Origin: Octopus sinensis
Lineage: Eukaryota
NCBI RefSeq assembly: GCF_006345805.1
Contig: NC_043011.1
Coordinates: forward strand, 53,828,464 to 53,892,463
Reading direction: 5' to 3'
Length of the DNA: 64,000 nucleotides
Of the stretch, positions 51,241-63,535 are shown piece by piece. The notes under the pieces are model-generated. The model searched no databases and was not told the origin of the DNA. It worked only from the letters and a program-made list of their open reading frames with translations. How positions within the stretch are numbered: position 1 is the stretch's first letter; each line of letters starts with the position of its first letter. The position numbers and the translations under genes were made by a program.

Positions 51241-51803
51241 TTTTTTTTATAATGGCTTCTATATGCTTTTTGAGTGACTTGAACACTTTGCTTGGAGCTA
51301 GCAAACGTGGCGCTTCCTCTGCAAAGGAGCTGCACACTTTGGACTAATCTGATGTGAGAAACTTGAGGAAAAGAGGCATGAATGTCATCTTAAACTCACC
51401 AACAACATAATGGGCAACTTCCCTTGTCATCTGTGTTCAAGGACGTGCCATTCTAGGATCGAATTATTTTCACATCTATCAACTCACAAAATGTAGGATA
51501 AGATTCCTAGAGGACAACAACTTCATCAGCATTGACAGACGACTACAAAGCAAGCAAGTGAGTGTCTCAATACACTGTTGCTGCTCATGATATAGCCACA
51601 TTCAAGAAAATAAAAGAGAACAACACCATTGTCAGAAAAAAAACAAAACAAAAAAAACAGCCACCAGGACTTCCTGTGCCAATTACTGGCTCTTAAATTT
51701 GGAGAAGGGATGTGTCACCATTCCATGAATTGTGCCTTTGTTTCTGAGTCAGAAAGATACACTCAGATTTCATTTCCTCTCACCAGATCAGAAATTATTT
51801 TTT

Positions 51804-51860
<57 letters not shown>

Positions 51861-52177
51861 GTCATCATCATCATCATCATCACCATCACCATCACCCCAT
51901 TGTAGATTGCCTAAGTGTGCACCTCTAGGCCGAATGAAAAGGAGAAGAGAAGGGTGCCTTCTTGAGGAGCCGTTGGTGTTAAGGGGTTCAAAGGGTGCGA
52001 GATCTCTTTGGTTACCTTATGGCGGAACTCCCCCTCCCCCCATTGGGGAGGCATATTGTTGATTTCATCTCTTTGTTAATTGTTGTGTTTATTTGCTGTT
52101 TACATGCTTAATCTCACTGTCCCTCATTTGTGTATCATCCCCTATGTTTTGTGTTCGGCCCTGGTGGTCAATAGAGA

Positions 52178-52179
<2 letters not shown>

Positions 52180-52216
<37 letters not shown>

Positions 52217-52600
52217 TTTTTTTTTCTTCTTTCAAATTTGCTTCCATTTCTTGCCGAGTGTCTTCCCGACTCCTAGGGCAAAGAAACTCATAGTATACAT
52301 TGGTAAGCCATTAAACCAAACTCAGTAGTTCGTTCATTTAAAAAAAAATTTTTTTTTAAAGTTAAATTAAAATACATGAGCAGCAACAGTTCTCACATCG
52401 ACAATGCTCTTCTCAATACGTGTGATGTACCAGTTAAGACAATCTTTTGCACTTCTTGCAGGGATGGTAAGCCAGGGATCATTCTCATATAATTTTCGGT
52501 TCCCTTCTTGATCATTCCTAGTGCTCCTACGATCACTGGTATTGTAAACGCCTTGAGATGCCACATTTTCTCAATTTCAATGAGTAGGTCTTTATCTCAA
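52180..52600 (-). mobile_element. R4/Dong-like 3' end between two TAA tracts
   Basis: KDLLIEIEKMWHLKAFTIPVIVGALGMIKKG...QKIVLTGTSHVLRRALSM*; 3' UTR piece then (AAT)n. Confidence 0.85.
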
Positions 52601-52604
52601 TTTC

Positions 52605-52605
52605 A

Positions 52606-52643
<38 letters not shown>

Positions 52644-52860
52644 GGCCAGGTTCCAACCAGGGCCACAGTAACAAAGTCTACCCTCCACATTCCTCGATCC
52701 TACATCACTGTCTCAAGGTCCCCATTACATTCAACAACAGTGTCTGCAATCAAGTTGTCCATGTAAGTGTGATGAAGTTTTCCTCTTCTTTCATCACTCT
52801 GAAGTGGGTTGCACAAGACTAATTTGGATGCTTCTAGTTCAGGGTCATGATCAAGGATCT
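52605..52860 (-). mobile_element. RTE-type LINE 3' end with (TAA)n tail
   Basis: HDPELEASKLVLCNP..RRGKLHHTYMDNLIADT..VM*DRGMWR. Confidence 0.75.
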
Positions 52861-52899
52861 GAGACTGACTTGATAGGAATCCCAAAGTCAGATCAGAAA

Positions 52900-54179
52900 A
52901 CATACCTTTATCGGCTTCAAATCCTTCCAGAGTAGATTCTTACATTTCTCAGAAGTTAAGGAACCCATTTTGTATGCATTTTCTGAAATCCAAAGTCTTT
53001 CACCATCTTCTGTAATGTATTGTGAATACAGTCAGTTATGCAGCAAGCCTACAGAATATGTCACATCATATAAGGCAGCGAACTGGCAGAAATGTTAGCA
53101 CGCCGGGCGAAATGCTTAGCGGTATTTTGTCTGCCGTTACGTTCTGAGTTCAAATTCCGCTGAGGTCACCTTTGCTTTCATACTTTCCGCCGAGGTCGAC
53201 TTTGCCTTTCATCCTTTCGGGGTTGATAAATTAAGTACCAGTTTCGCACTGGGGTCGATGTAATCGACTTAATCCTTTTGTCTGTCCTTGTTTGTCCTCT
53301 CTGTGTTTAGCCCCTTGTGGGTAGTAAAGAAATAGGTATTCCGTCTGCCGTTACGTTCTGTGTTCAAATTCCGCCGAGGCGATGTTGCCTTTCATCCTTT
53401 CGGGGTCGATAAATTAAGTACCAGTTTCGCAATGGGGTCGATGTAATCGGCTTAATCCCTTTGTCTGTCCTTGTTTGTCCTCTCTGTGTTCAGCCCCTTG
53501 TGGGTAGTAAAGAAATAGGTATTTCGTCTGCCGTTACATTCTGTGTTCAAATTCCGCCGAGGTCGATGTTGCCTTTCATCCTTTCGGGGTCGATAAATTA
53601 AGTACCAGTTTCGCACTAGGGTCGAGGTAATCAACTTAATCCCTTTGTCTGTCGTTGTTTGTCCCCGCTATGTTTAGCTCCTTGTGGGCAATAAAAAAAT
53701 AAGAATATGTCACATCTGTCCACATGAAACAAATTGTCCACTTTCTGATCATAACTGTCAATGGTTGCATTGGATTGTTTCCCTTTGTGAGGCTTGTTGT
53801 CAATGCTGTTTTCTCTCCTTCAACTCTTTAGCATTTAAATCGGCGACATCTGGCCAAAACATTCTACTTGCTTTATGTTCAAACTGGCCAGATCTGACAT
53901 CTTACACCAACTTTAGAAAGTCATTTTGAACATAAACAATCACATCATCAGAAATCTCAAAGTTACAAGCAAAAGCAGGATAAATTCAAAACAATGAATA
54001 TGACAGAATCCTCTGAATGCTAAAATGTTAAACTTCTTTATCCATCTGTGCATATAATTTCTCTTGCCAATGGTGTCATCTCTGTAACCAAACTGCAGCC
54101 TTCTGTTGCTGTCAGACAGCCTGCACCCCTCCTTCATCAAGACCCCAATGGCAGCATTTTGTTTCTGCTTGGAATCCAT
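52900..54179 (-). mobile_element. Mariner transposase N-terminal half, interrupted by a SINE B multimer
   Basis: MDSKQKQNAAIGVLMKEG..RRLQFGY..RWIKKF; ENSIDNKPHKGKQSNAT..KVDNLFHVDR; GFQKMHTKWVP. Confidence 0.75.
53074..53701 (+). mobile_element. SINE family B multimer, 183-bp period, with 15-bp TSD
   Basis: TSD AGAATATGTCACATC at 53053-53067 and 53702-53716; junctions at 53321 and 53504. Confidence 0.92.
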
Positions 54180-55065
54180 TATTTGCTGGCAATGAAGAAG
54201 ACCTAAAAGATGAGTTACTACATGGGAAAAATTTCTCTGCTAACCTGTGATATTTAAACAATCTATGTCAGTTAATAAAGAAATTTTGCTCACATTTGCA
54301 TTACTTTTGGTATAATACTCAATTTTTATAAAAAAAAACTTTAGCTGTATTATTCTTTTTTTAAGATGGTCTTGTCCAGATAGTAGTTAATTTCAGTGCA
54401 GTTCTCTCCAACATGAAACAGTTCCCCATTCTGATGTAGTCTTACATACTTGTAAGAATGTTGGCATGGTTGCATCCTGGAAGGCCTCTGATCACAGTTC
54501 TGCTCAACGAAGGTTGAACATGTGCTGAACCACAACAAACACAACAACAACAACAGTAATGGTAACGGCAGCAACAGCAACAACAGCAGCAGCAGTAAAA
54601 ACAACAACAACAAAAACAACAGCAACGATAACAACCACGAAAATACCAGAAAGCAATAAAAGAAAGATTGTAATTCCAGAGAAATATGATATGACTGTAA
54701 TAAACAGACCATGTTTCAATGATAATGAGAGCACAGCCATTATATATCGGTAAAAACAAAATAGAGACCATTGATATATTTTTATCACTTTTGCTAAGAC
54801 CAATGATTTTGTTTAGTACTTCTAGTAGACGTTTAATCTGTCACTAACAAAGGGTTTTACTTCAAGTTATAGATTTCTTCTCTTCCTAATGACAATATAA
54901 ATCATTCCACTTTGAAAACTTTTAATATTTATAATAACGAAGTTGGCAAGTTGGCAGAATCGTTAGCACACCAAGCAAAATGCTTAGCATTCATTTCATC
55001 TGATGTTATATTCTGAGTTCAAATGCTGCTGGGGTTGATTTTTGCATTTCATTTTTTCAGGTTAA

Positions 55066-55286
55066 CCCTTTCATTACCAACCCGGCTGAAACTGGCTCTG
55101 GCTCTGAGTACAAATGTCTTGTTTACATAAGTTTTGAATTAAAATCTTCCACCAAACCTTAGTCACAATTTATGTTCCTAACACTAGCAGAATGATGGAC
55201 AAATTTAATTTACTAAATTCTTTATTATATTTAAAGTAATTGAAAGAAACACAGAGCATCTCAAAATAAATACAGTAACGAAAGAG
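55066..55286. mobile_element. piggyBac-type MITE inserted in a decayed SINE B
   Basis: TTAA on both sides; termini CCCTTTCATTAC / GTAACGAAAGAG (10 of 12 complementary). Confidence 0.7.
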
Positions 55287-55740
55287 TTAATGAAATAAGT
55301 ACCAGCTGAAAACTGAGATCAATGTAATTGACTTATGCCCTCCATCAAAATTGCTGGCCTTGTGTCAAAATTCGAAACCATTATTAATAGGTTGAAGAAG
55401 GTGAGCTGGCAGGAATTGTTACTGTGCCAGGCAAAATGCTGAATGGCATTTCTTCTGATTTTGCATTTTGTGTTCATAGTGACCACTGACTGGCTCCTGT
55501 GCCAGTGGCATGTAAAAAGCACCATCCAAATGTGGTCGATGCCAGAATGCCCCCTGACTGGCTCCCATGCCAGTGACATGTAAAAATCACCCATTACACT
55601 CTTGGAGTGGTTGGCATTAGGAAGGGTAACCAGCTGTAGAAACATTGCTAGATCAGAATGGAACCTGGTGCGGCCACTGGCTTTCCAGACCTCAGTCAAA
55701 CCGTCCAACCCATGCCAGCACGAAAAACGGACGTTAACAT

Positions 55741-56129
55741 CATTGTCACTGTCGACATTCTCCTCAACATCCTAAGCTCAAATTTTGACATGTACCCACA
55801 CAAAAGTTCCAATTATACAAATCATTAGCAATGCAACCAAATCATCATAATCGTCCATCTAGTGTTCGTTAGTTGTGTATCTTTAATTATGTCTCAATGA
55901 TTTCAAATTTTGGCACAAGGCCAGTAATTACAGGTTAAGTCAATTAGGTGCAGGAGTGGCTGTGTGGTAAGTAGCTTGCTTACCAACTACATGGTACCAG
56001 GTTCAGTCCCACTGTGTGGCACCTTGGGCAAGTGTCTTCTACTGTAGCCTCGGGCTGACCAAAGCCTTGTGAGTGGATTTGGTAGACGGAAACTGAAAGA
56101 AGCCCATCGTATATATGTATATATATATG

Positions 56130-56164
<35 letters not shown>

Positions 56165-56429
56165 TTGTGTGTCTGTGTTTGCCCTCCCCCTCAACATCGC
56201 TTGACAACCGATGCTGGTGTGTTTATGTCCTCATAACTTAGTGGTTAGGCAAAAGAGACTGATAGAATAAGTACTAGGCTTACAAAGAATAAGTCCTGGG
56301 GTTGATTTCCTCAACTAAAGGTGGTGTTCCAGCATGGCCACAGTCAAATGACTGAAACAAGTAAAAGAGTAAAGAGTAAAGCGTTATCCTAATCACCAGC
56401 AATACAACCAAATAATCATAATCGTCCAT
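55741..56429 (+). repeat. About 690-bp local duplication containing a SINE A; second copy 58083-58771
   Basis: Unique flank and SINE are at identical relative positions; offset 2342. Confidence 0.92.
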
Positions 56430-56619
56430 GCTACCTCATGAAATGCTTTGCAATATTCATTCTTATTTCAGCTCCTTGTGCTGTGAGTTCAAACCCGCTG
56501 TGGTCAGCCTTTCTTTTATTTTTCAGGGACAATAAATACAATGCAGTTTATGCCAATGGACTAGTAGAATTATTAGAACAAATACCTTCCATCAGTCCCT
56601 CTTCTCAGCTCACTATTCC

Positions 56620-57080
56620 TGAGGGGTAATGGGGATAGAGCCATCAGGTACCACCTCCATAGGGGCCTATCAAAAGCAACCATCATTACACTTTCTGGCT
56701 GAATTCCCAAGCATGATCAGCTGAGGCTATAGATATTATTGAGCCATCTTATTCTTGGTCTACCTCTTGATCTCCTGCCAGTTGGCTCAGCTTGAAGAAT
56801 TAGTCTTGTGTCTCTTTCCTGTAAACATTCTAATCCAATACCCATAGCACTGGAATTGTGATCTCTCAATGCAGAGAAGTAGTGGCTTGGCCTGGAGAAA
56901 ATCCTTGATCTCCAAGTTATGCACCCTGGGGAGTAATGTCACTCCAGAGATCCTTTGGAGGAATCCCAGTTTGGATGGGTGCATTCGCAATTGTCTTCTT
57001 TTGGTCATTACCAAACATTCTTGACCGTTGATGAGGACAGGCCCAGAAACTGAATTTTTTACCAACCCTGCCTCTTCTGA
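56620..57080 (-). mobile_element. RTE LINE 3' fragment
   Basis: LVMTKRRQLRMHPSKLGFLQRISGVTLLPRVHNLEIKDFLQAKPLLLCIERSQFQCYG. Confidence 0.8.
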
Positions 57081-57569
57081 GGATCAAATGCTTATTGTGT
57101 TCTAGATGTTAGATTTAAACTATCAGTTTAACACCAGCACCAGGTCCTCAGGTACTTTTAGTGGAGTCCTCAATGTATGAAGACCAGTTCTTCAATTTGA
57201 GGATATCTTCCTCCCTCACTTCCAAATATATCAGAGGCCCTGAGAAGGGTGCTGGGCACAGCTCTTTGCTTTTGAGAAAATGATAAAAATTGATAAGGGA
57301 GACAACTTTGAACATGTTTACTGCTACTGTATTTTTCCGGCCTCATCAATGGAGTTATATTCCTCCTTCCTCTCCCTTGCTTAACTCACCGAATTAGGAG
57401 TGAATGAATCACTAAGAAGATAGATACTAGTGCGTATTTGTTGGTGTGGTGGATAAACAGAATTATTTAGGACTCAGTTAATTAATTAATTAATTAGAAA
57501 ATATCATCTGCATGAAAATAGCAAAAGGTTAGAGAGTAATGGTTTATTTAATGCATGCGCCATTAAAAA

Positions 57570-57859
57570 CCAATCATCATCACCACCACCACCACCACCA
57601 CCATCATCATCATCATTGTCATCATCATCATCATCATCATTGTCATTGCTATTGTCATCATCATCACCTTCTTCATTGTCATCATCATAGTCAACATCAT
57701 CATCATCATCACCACCACCACCATCATCATCATCATCATTATCGTTATCATCATCGTCGTCATCATCCTCCTCCTCCTCATCATCATCATCATTGTCATT
57801 GCTATTGTCATCATCATCATCTTCTTCATTGTCATCATCATAGTCGTCATCATCATCCT

Positions 57860-57890
<31 letters not shown>

Positions 57891-58085
57891 ATCATCATCA
57901 TCACCGTCCTCCTCCTCCTCCTCCTATCATCATCATCATCATCACCTTCCTCCTCCCCTCCTCCTCCTCCTCCTCCTCCTCATCATCATCACCATCCTAC
58001 TCCTCCTCATCATTGTCATCGTTATCATCGTTATCAATGCTGTCGTCATTGTCATCACTGCTGTCATTGTTGTCATTAACATCAT
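57570..58085. repeat. (CAT)n/(CCT)n compound microsatellite
   Basis: Direct reading. Confidence 0.92.
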
Positions 58086-58484
58086 TGTCTCTGTCGACAT
58101 TCTCCTCAACATCCTAAGCTCAAATTTTGACATGTACCCACACAAAAGTTCCAATTATCCAAATCATTAGCAATGCAGCCAAATAATCATAATCATCTAT
58201 CTAGTGTTCGTTAGTTGCGTATCTTTAATTATGTCTCAATGATTTCAAATTTTGGCACAAGGCCAGTAATTACAGGTTAAGTCAATTAGGTGCAGGAGTG
58301 ACTGTGTGGTAAGTAGCTTGCTTAACAACCACATGGTTCCGGGTTCAGTCCCACTGTGTGGCACCTTGGGCAAGTGTCTTCTTCTATAGCCTCAGGCCGA
58401 CCAAAGTCTTGTGAGTGGATTTGGTAGACGGAAACTGAAAGAAGCCTGTCGTGTATATGTATATATATATATATGTGTGTGTGT

Positions 58485-58529
<45 letters not shown>

Positions 58530-59318
58530 TTATGTGTCTGTGTTTGTCCCCTTGCCCAACATCGCTTGACAACTGATGCTGGTGTGTTTACATCCCCGTA
58601 ACTTAGTGGTTTGGCAAAAGAGACTGATAGAATAAGTACAAGGCTTACAAAGAATTAGTCCTGGGGTCAATTTCCTCGACTAAAGGCTCCAATGACTGAA
58701 ATAAGTAAAAGAGTAAAGAGTAAAGAGTTAGCTGATTCACCAGCAATGCAACCAAATAATCATAACCGTCCACCTGCTGCTCGTTAGTTGTGTATATTTA
58801 ATTATGTCGCAATGATTTCAAATTTTGCCACAAGGCCAGTAATTACAGTGTTCAACTGGCCTTATTTTATTGACCCCGAAATTGCTGGCCTTGTGCCAAT
58901 ATTTGAAAATTGTTACGGTTGAATGAGATGGGGAACAACAATGCCTGTGGCCCTGAAAAGGGCCACAAAGACTGGTTAGAGGAAAGGCAGAAGTAATCCT
59001 CAAACTAAAACCCTGGTCTACAACAGAAGGCATTATGTTAACCCTTTAGCATTCAGATTAATCCGTCCCAGCCAAAAAGCTTTGAGGGTTTAAGGCTCCA
59101 CCATTAGCCACAATGATACACTAAGTATTCATCATTGCGTCCTCCTCTCGAGTGTGTGCGTTAAAACCCCTCACTTGGGACGTGGGGCCGAATGTGAACA
59201 AATGTGTCTAATTGGCTTAAAACTGGCTCTGGTTGGAGGGTTGTCACCTGAGTGGTGCAAAGGGGTCATTCACCAGGAATGGGGAATCACCAACAAATGG
59301 TTACAGTGCATACTACTT

Positions 59319-59335
59319 CTAACTACTACTACTTT

Positions 59336-59396
<61 letters not shown>

Positions 59397-59397
59397 G

Positions 59398-59432
<35 letters not shown>

Positions 59433-59470
59433 GCCACCGCCGCCGCCGCCGCCGTCGCTGCCGCCACCAT

Positions 59471-59509
<39 letters not shown>

Positions 59510-59708
59510 CATGGCTACCAGCATTACCATCACTACCACCACCATCACTACCACCACCACTACCACCACCATTGCCATTACCACCATCACTACCACCACC
59601 ACTGCTACCACCATCACTGCCACCACCAACACCACTACTGCCACTACTACCACCACTACTGCCACTAGTGCCACCACTACCACCACCACCACAACCACCA
59701 CCACCACT
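59319..59708. repeat. Compound trinucleotide tract ACT-GCT-GCC-ACC-ACT
   Basis: Direct reading. Confidence 0.92.
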
Positions 59709-62069
59709 TATTGGTGTCTCACGAAGAATGATAAGCATGAAATTCAGTTTGGAAAAGAACCTCTTTATAAAACATCAATTAACTCATAAAGCTGTGATAT
59801 GCATACATATATCAGCCCCATGTGTGTGAATGGCAAGGATGGATTTTCCTCACTGAAGAATAGGAGTAGGTTACCTGAAACCATGATAGAAGATACTTGT
59901 GTTGCAGTTGCTGTGCAAAGGGATTGAAACTGGAAACACATTGCTGCCAAGAGAATTTTTGTTTTAGCCATATGGCTAGCTATATGTCTTGTGGTTTGCA
60001 TTGCAGAAAGTTCATTTGACCTCTCCAACAGGTTTGTGGTTTGTTCTGTTTATTTGGTCAAAGAAAGTACTTTCTCTGCTCTCTTATTAAACTGGCAAGC
60101 AGAAGAAAATGGCGAGGTGGGGGGAAGAAATGCAAGCCCCGGCCCTCCAGCCCCACCTCCCATTACTCATACACCCCGTGCATTCACTGTGATCAAAGCA
60201 GTGTGTAACGAAAATCAAGTAGTTACAGCTCTCTCGGTTAAGAGTATAAAAACAAGCAAGATATGAACTGAAGTCGGGATTGAAGGGGGCTAAGAGAACA
60301 AGCTTTGACTGATTTAGATGAGGCTGAGGAAGAAAAAGAAAGAGAAAGATAGAGAGAGAGAGAGTGAAATAAGGGTAGAAAGTTGTTAATTATAGCAATG
60401 AATTTTCACAATTTTTTCATTAACTTTCGTCAGAGGTTCAGCAAAAACCAAGACATGATAAAAAAAAAAAAGGAAGAAAATTGAAGGAAAAAGTTTCCAA
60501 TTTCATGCAGCTTAGCCAGAGAAAATTACTTTTCATAGCTTTACTAAGTTGTCATTAATTTTCTCTCTGCGAAAATAGAATTTTAAATTTGCTTTTATCT
60601 AAGTTCATATGTAAATATTCTAATAATAGCATAAAACGTTTTCTTGACACCTTCAGCATTGATGTTTGCTCCAAAATTGCAATATAAGCGCACGGCAGAC
60701 TTTTCAGTATTTGTAACGGTGTTGGAACAGATGAAGAGAAAGTGGCAAGCAATGTTTGATCAAAAAGTTCTCTGAATGAATTTATTCTACACAACCACGA
60801 ACATATGGTAGCTTAATTTGATTTTCACTGAAGTGTTCCATTCTTTGTTAGATATTGGAATCGATTGATATTTTTATTTATTTATTTATTTATTTTGTTC
60901 ATTTTTCTTTTGGTCTTTTTTTTCTTTTCTTTTTTTTTTTTTTTAGCTCCTATCTATATTTTAGATGTTCGCTTGCACTCTGTAACCATTCCTCTGTTGC
61001 TTTCATGTCGGATGGAGAAAATACCATTTAGTTCTAAATTTAGTGGAATGTTATACATGACCTCTGAATGAAGACAGGACAGAGACGAGAGTGTGTGTGA
61101 CAGAGAGAAAGGAAGAGAGAGAGAGAGAGAGAAAGGAGTTATACTGCATTATTAAATTTAGAAGAAGGGCAAAGTTACTATAAATGACTAATTTACTAAA
61201 AATAATTATTCATCAAATTTGATGCTAGGTTTTTTTTTTTTTATTCAATGGTAAAATATTGAAAAATGTGGCAGCTGTATGAGTTGTCGGCCAATAGATA
61301 GACAGACTGTCCGTTGGTCGAGAGGAGAGGAGAGTTGGGGTGGAATCTATAACTTGGTCCATGGTTACAGAAATAGTTAACTCTTGCTCACACAGTCTAC
61401 CTAGCCGCAAATAGGTACGAAGTGGAAATGAACATAGCAATGGAAGACAGTGAGAACACAGTGTATGGAGTGAGACTCAGTATAGCATCAAATATAACGA
61501 TATGGAACTAGTATCTCACTCTCTGCGTATATTTATGAGGAACAAAAAATATTGATTTAAAATTTTAGCACAAGGCCAGCAATTTCGTGGGAGGGGGAAA
61601 GTCAATTGCATTGATCCTAGTATTCAACTGGTGCTTATTTTATCACCTTCAAAAGGATGAAAGGTAAAGTTGACTGCAGTGGGATTTGAACTCAGAATAT
61701 GAAGGCAGATGAAATTTCTACTAAGCGTTTTGCGTGGCATGCTAACAAACCTGCCAGCTTGCTGCTTTCATAAATAACTAAAATATTAAGAAATTGTTAT
61801 CTTCAAAACATATCTTAAAAAAACCGTGATGTCATTATGAGGTAATTCCTAAAAATGATCCCCTAAGTTTCCTCACTTTGTATTTCAAGCTTATACAAAA
61901 TTTTCTTCACTTTCAAGCTATGTTTTCAAAAGAGAGAGTTCAACAGGGTATTCCTCTAGACTAGGGGTCTCCTGTCACCAAGCAGTGAGTCAATACCTGG
62001 CCTTGGAGCCATTTGTACTTGGCTACACAGAAAGAATAAATTTTCAAATTTTATTGACCATTTTATTGT

Positions 62070-62231
62070 AGGCGTAGCAGTGGCTGCATGGTAAGTAGTT
62101 TACTTACGAACTGCATGATTCTGGGTTCAGTTCTACCGCATAGCATCTTGGGCAAGTGTCTTCTATTATAGCCTTGGGCTGACCAAAGCCTTGTGAATAG
62201 ATCTGGTAGATGGAAACTGAAAGAAGCCCAT

Positions 62232-62274
<43 letters not shown>

Positions 62275-62498
62275 GTGTATGTGTCTGTATATGTTTGTGT
62301 GTCTGTGTTTGTCCCCCCAACATCGCTTGACAACCGATGCTGGTGTGTTTATGTACCCGTAACTTAGCGGTTCAGCAAAAGAGACTGATAGAATAAGTAC
62401 AAGGCTTACAAAGAATAAGTCCTGGGGTCGATTTGCCTGGCTAAAAATGGTGCTCCAGCATGGCCACAGTCAAATGACTGCAACAAGGAAAAGAGTAT
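62070..62498 (+). mobile_element. SINE family A, full length
   Basis: Head, internal (TA)n and tail as in the other copies. Confidence 0.9.
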
Positions 62499-63126
62499 AT
62501 ATAGTAGAGAGGCTGAGCAAAATAGATGCACACACACTATTCTTCTGTTCTAAAAGAATTGTTTTGCCCTGTTGAAATATATCTCCTTCCCTCAGTGTCA
62601 TCTAAATATTCTCGAGTTCTACAATGAAACCCTTAACTGAATTTTAGAAAAGTGCCTTAATATTAAATTCCCAGAGAAAATTTGCTATCACAGTGGTCTT
62701 GGAATCAGGGCTATAACAGATGTCTCTTTGCTCATGTTTTTGCCATCAGTATCAGCCACACATATTTCAGTTACCGATGTCATTCCAGATTACCTACCAA
62801 GAGAAGTTTGTGGTGTATGTACAAATTGCCATTCTTTATGGTCAGAAAAATTGAGAAGCAGTTAAGCTTTCCCCCCATAAACCTCATCACAGATTCTGGT
62901 GGTTGCATAGCTTATACGTTGTTTGGATAATTCAGCTCTGGCTGTCATTGGTTACATGTGCTCTGTTATATTAATTCTGTTCTGGTGAATGACAGCAAGA
63001 AAATGATATAACTCGCCTTCATGAAAATCGCTTACTCCTCTGTCTAGGATGATTTGTTGGAGTTTTTTATGGGCAGAGGGTAGGCTCCAGCACAGATTCA
63101 GATTAGTTGTTTGAGAATGTATTACT

Positions 63127-63344
63127 CTTACTCTTTTACTTGTTTCAGTCATTTGACTGCGGCCATGCTGGAGCACCACCTTTAGTCGAGCAACTCGACC
63201 CCGGGACTTATTCTTTTGTAAGCCCAGTACTTATTCTATCGGTCTCTTTTGCCGAACCGCTAAGTAACGGGGACATAAACACACCAGCATCGGTTGTCAA
63301 GCAATACAAGGGGAACAAACACAGACACACAAACACACACACGC

Positions 63345-63375
<31 letters not shown>

Positions 63376-63535
63376 TACGACGGGCTTCTTTCAGTTTCCG
63401 TCTACGAAATCCACTCGCAAGGCATTGGTCGGCCTGAGGCTATAGTAGAAGACACTTGCCCAAGGTGCCATGCGATGGGACTGAACCCGGAACCATGTGG
63501 TTGGTAAACAAACTACTTACCACACAGCCACTCCT
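63127..63535 (-). mobile_element. SINE family A, full length
   Basis: Reverse complement of the family A consensus. Confidence 0.92.

Noticed and set aside
50967-51557. In-frame three-exon chain on + (50967-51011, 51097-51198, 51442-51557) with good splice sites
   Set aside because: It lies antisense to a recognisable mariner transposase C-terminus; best explained as a shadow frame
54350-54530. Protein-like ORF end MQPCQHSYKYVRLHQNGELF.. on -
   Set aside because: Overlaps a dispersed repeat also seen in decayed form near 230, 785 and 14470
60100-60260. GC-richer unique stretch with ATGGCG and a CTTTGATC site as promoter or enhancer
   Set aside because: Short motifs only; no conservation or expression evidence available from the sequence
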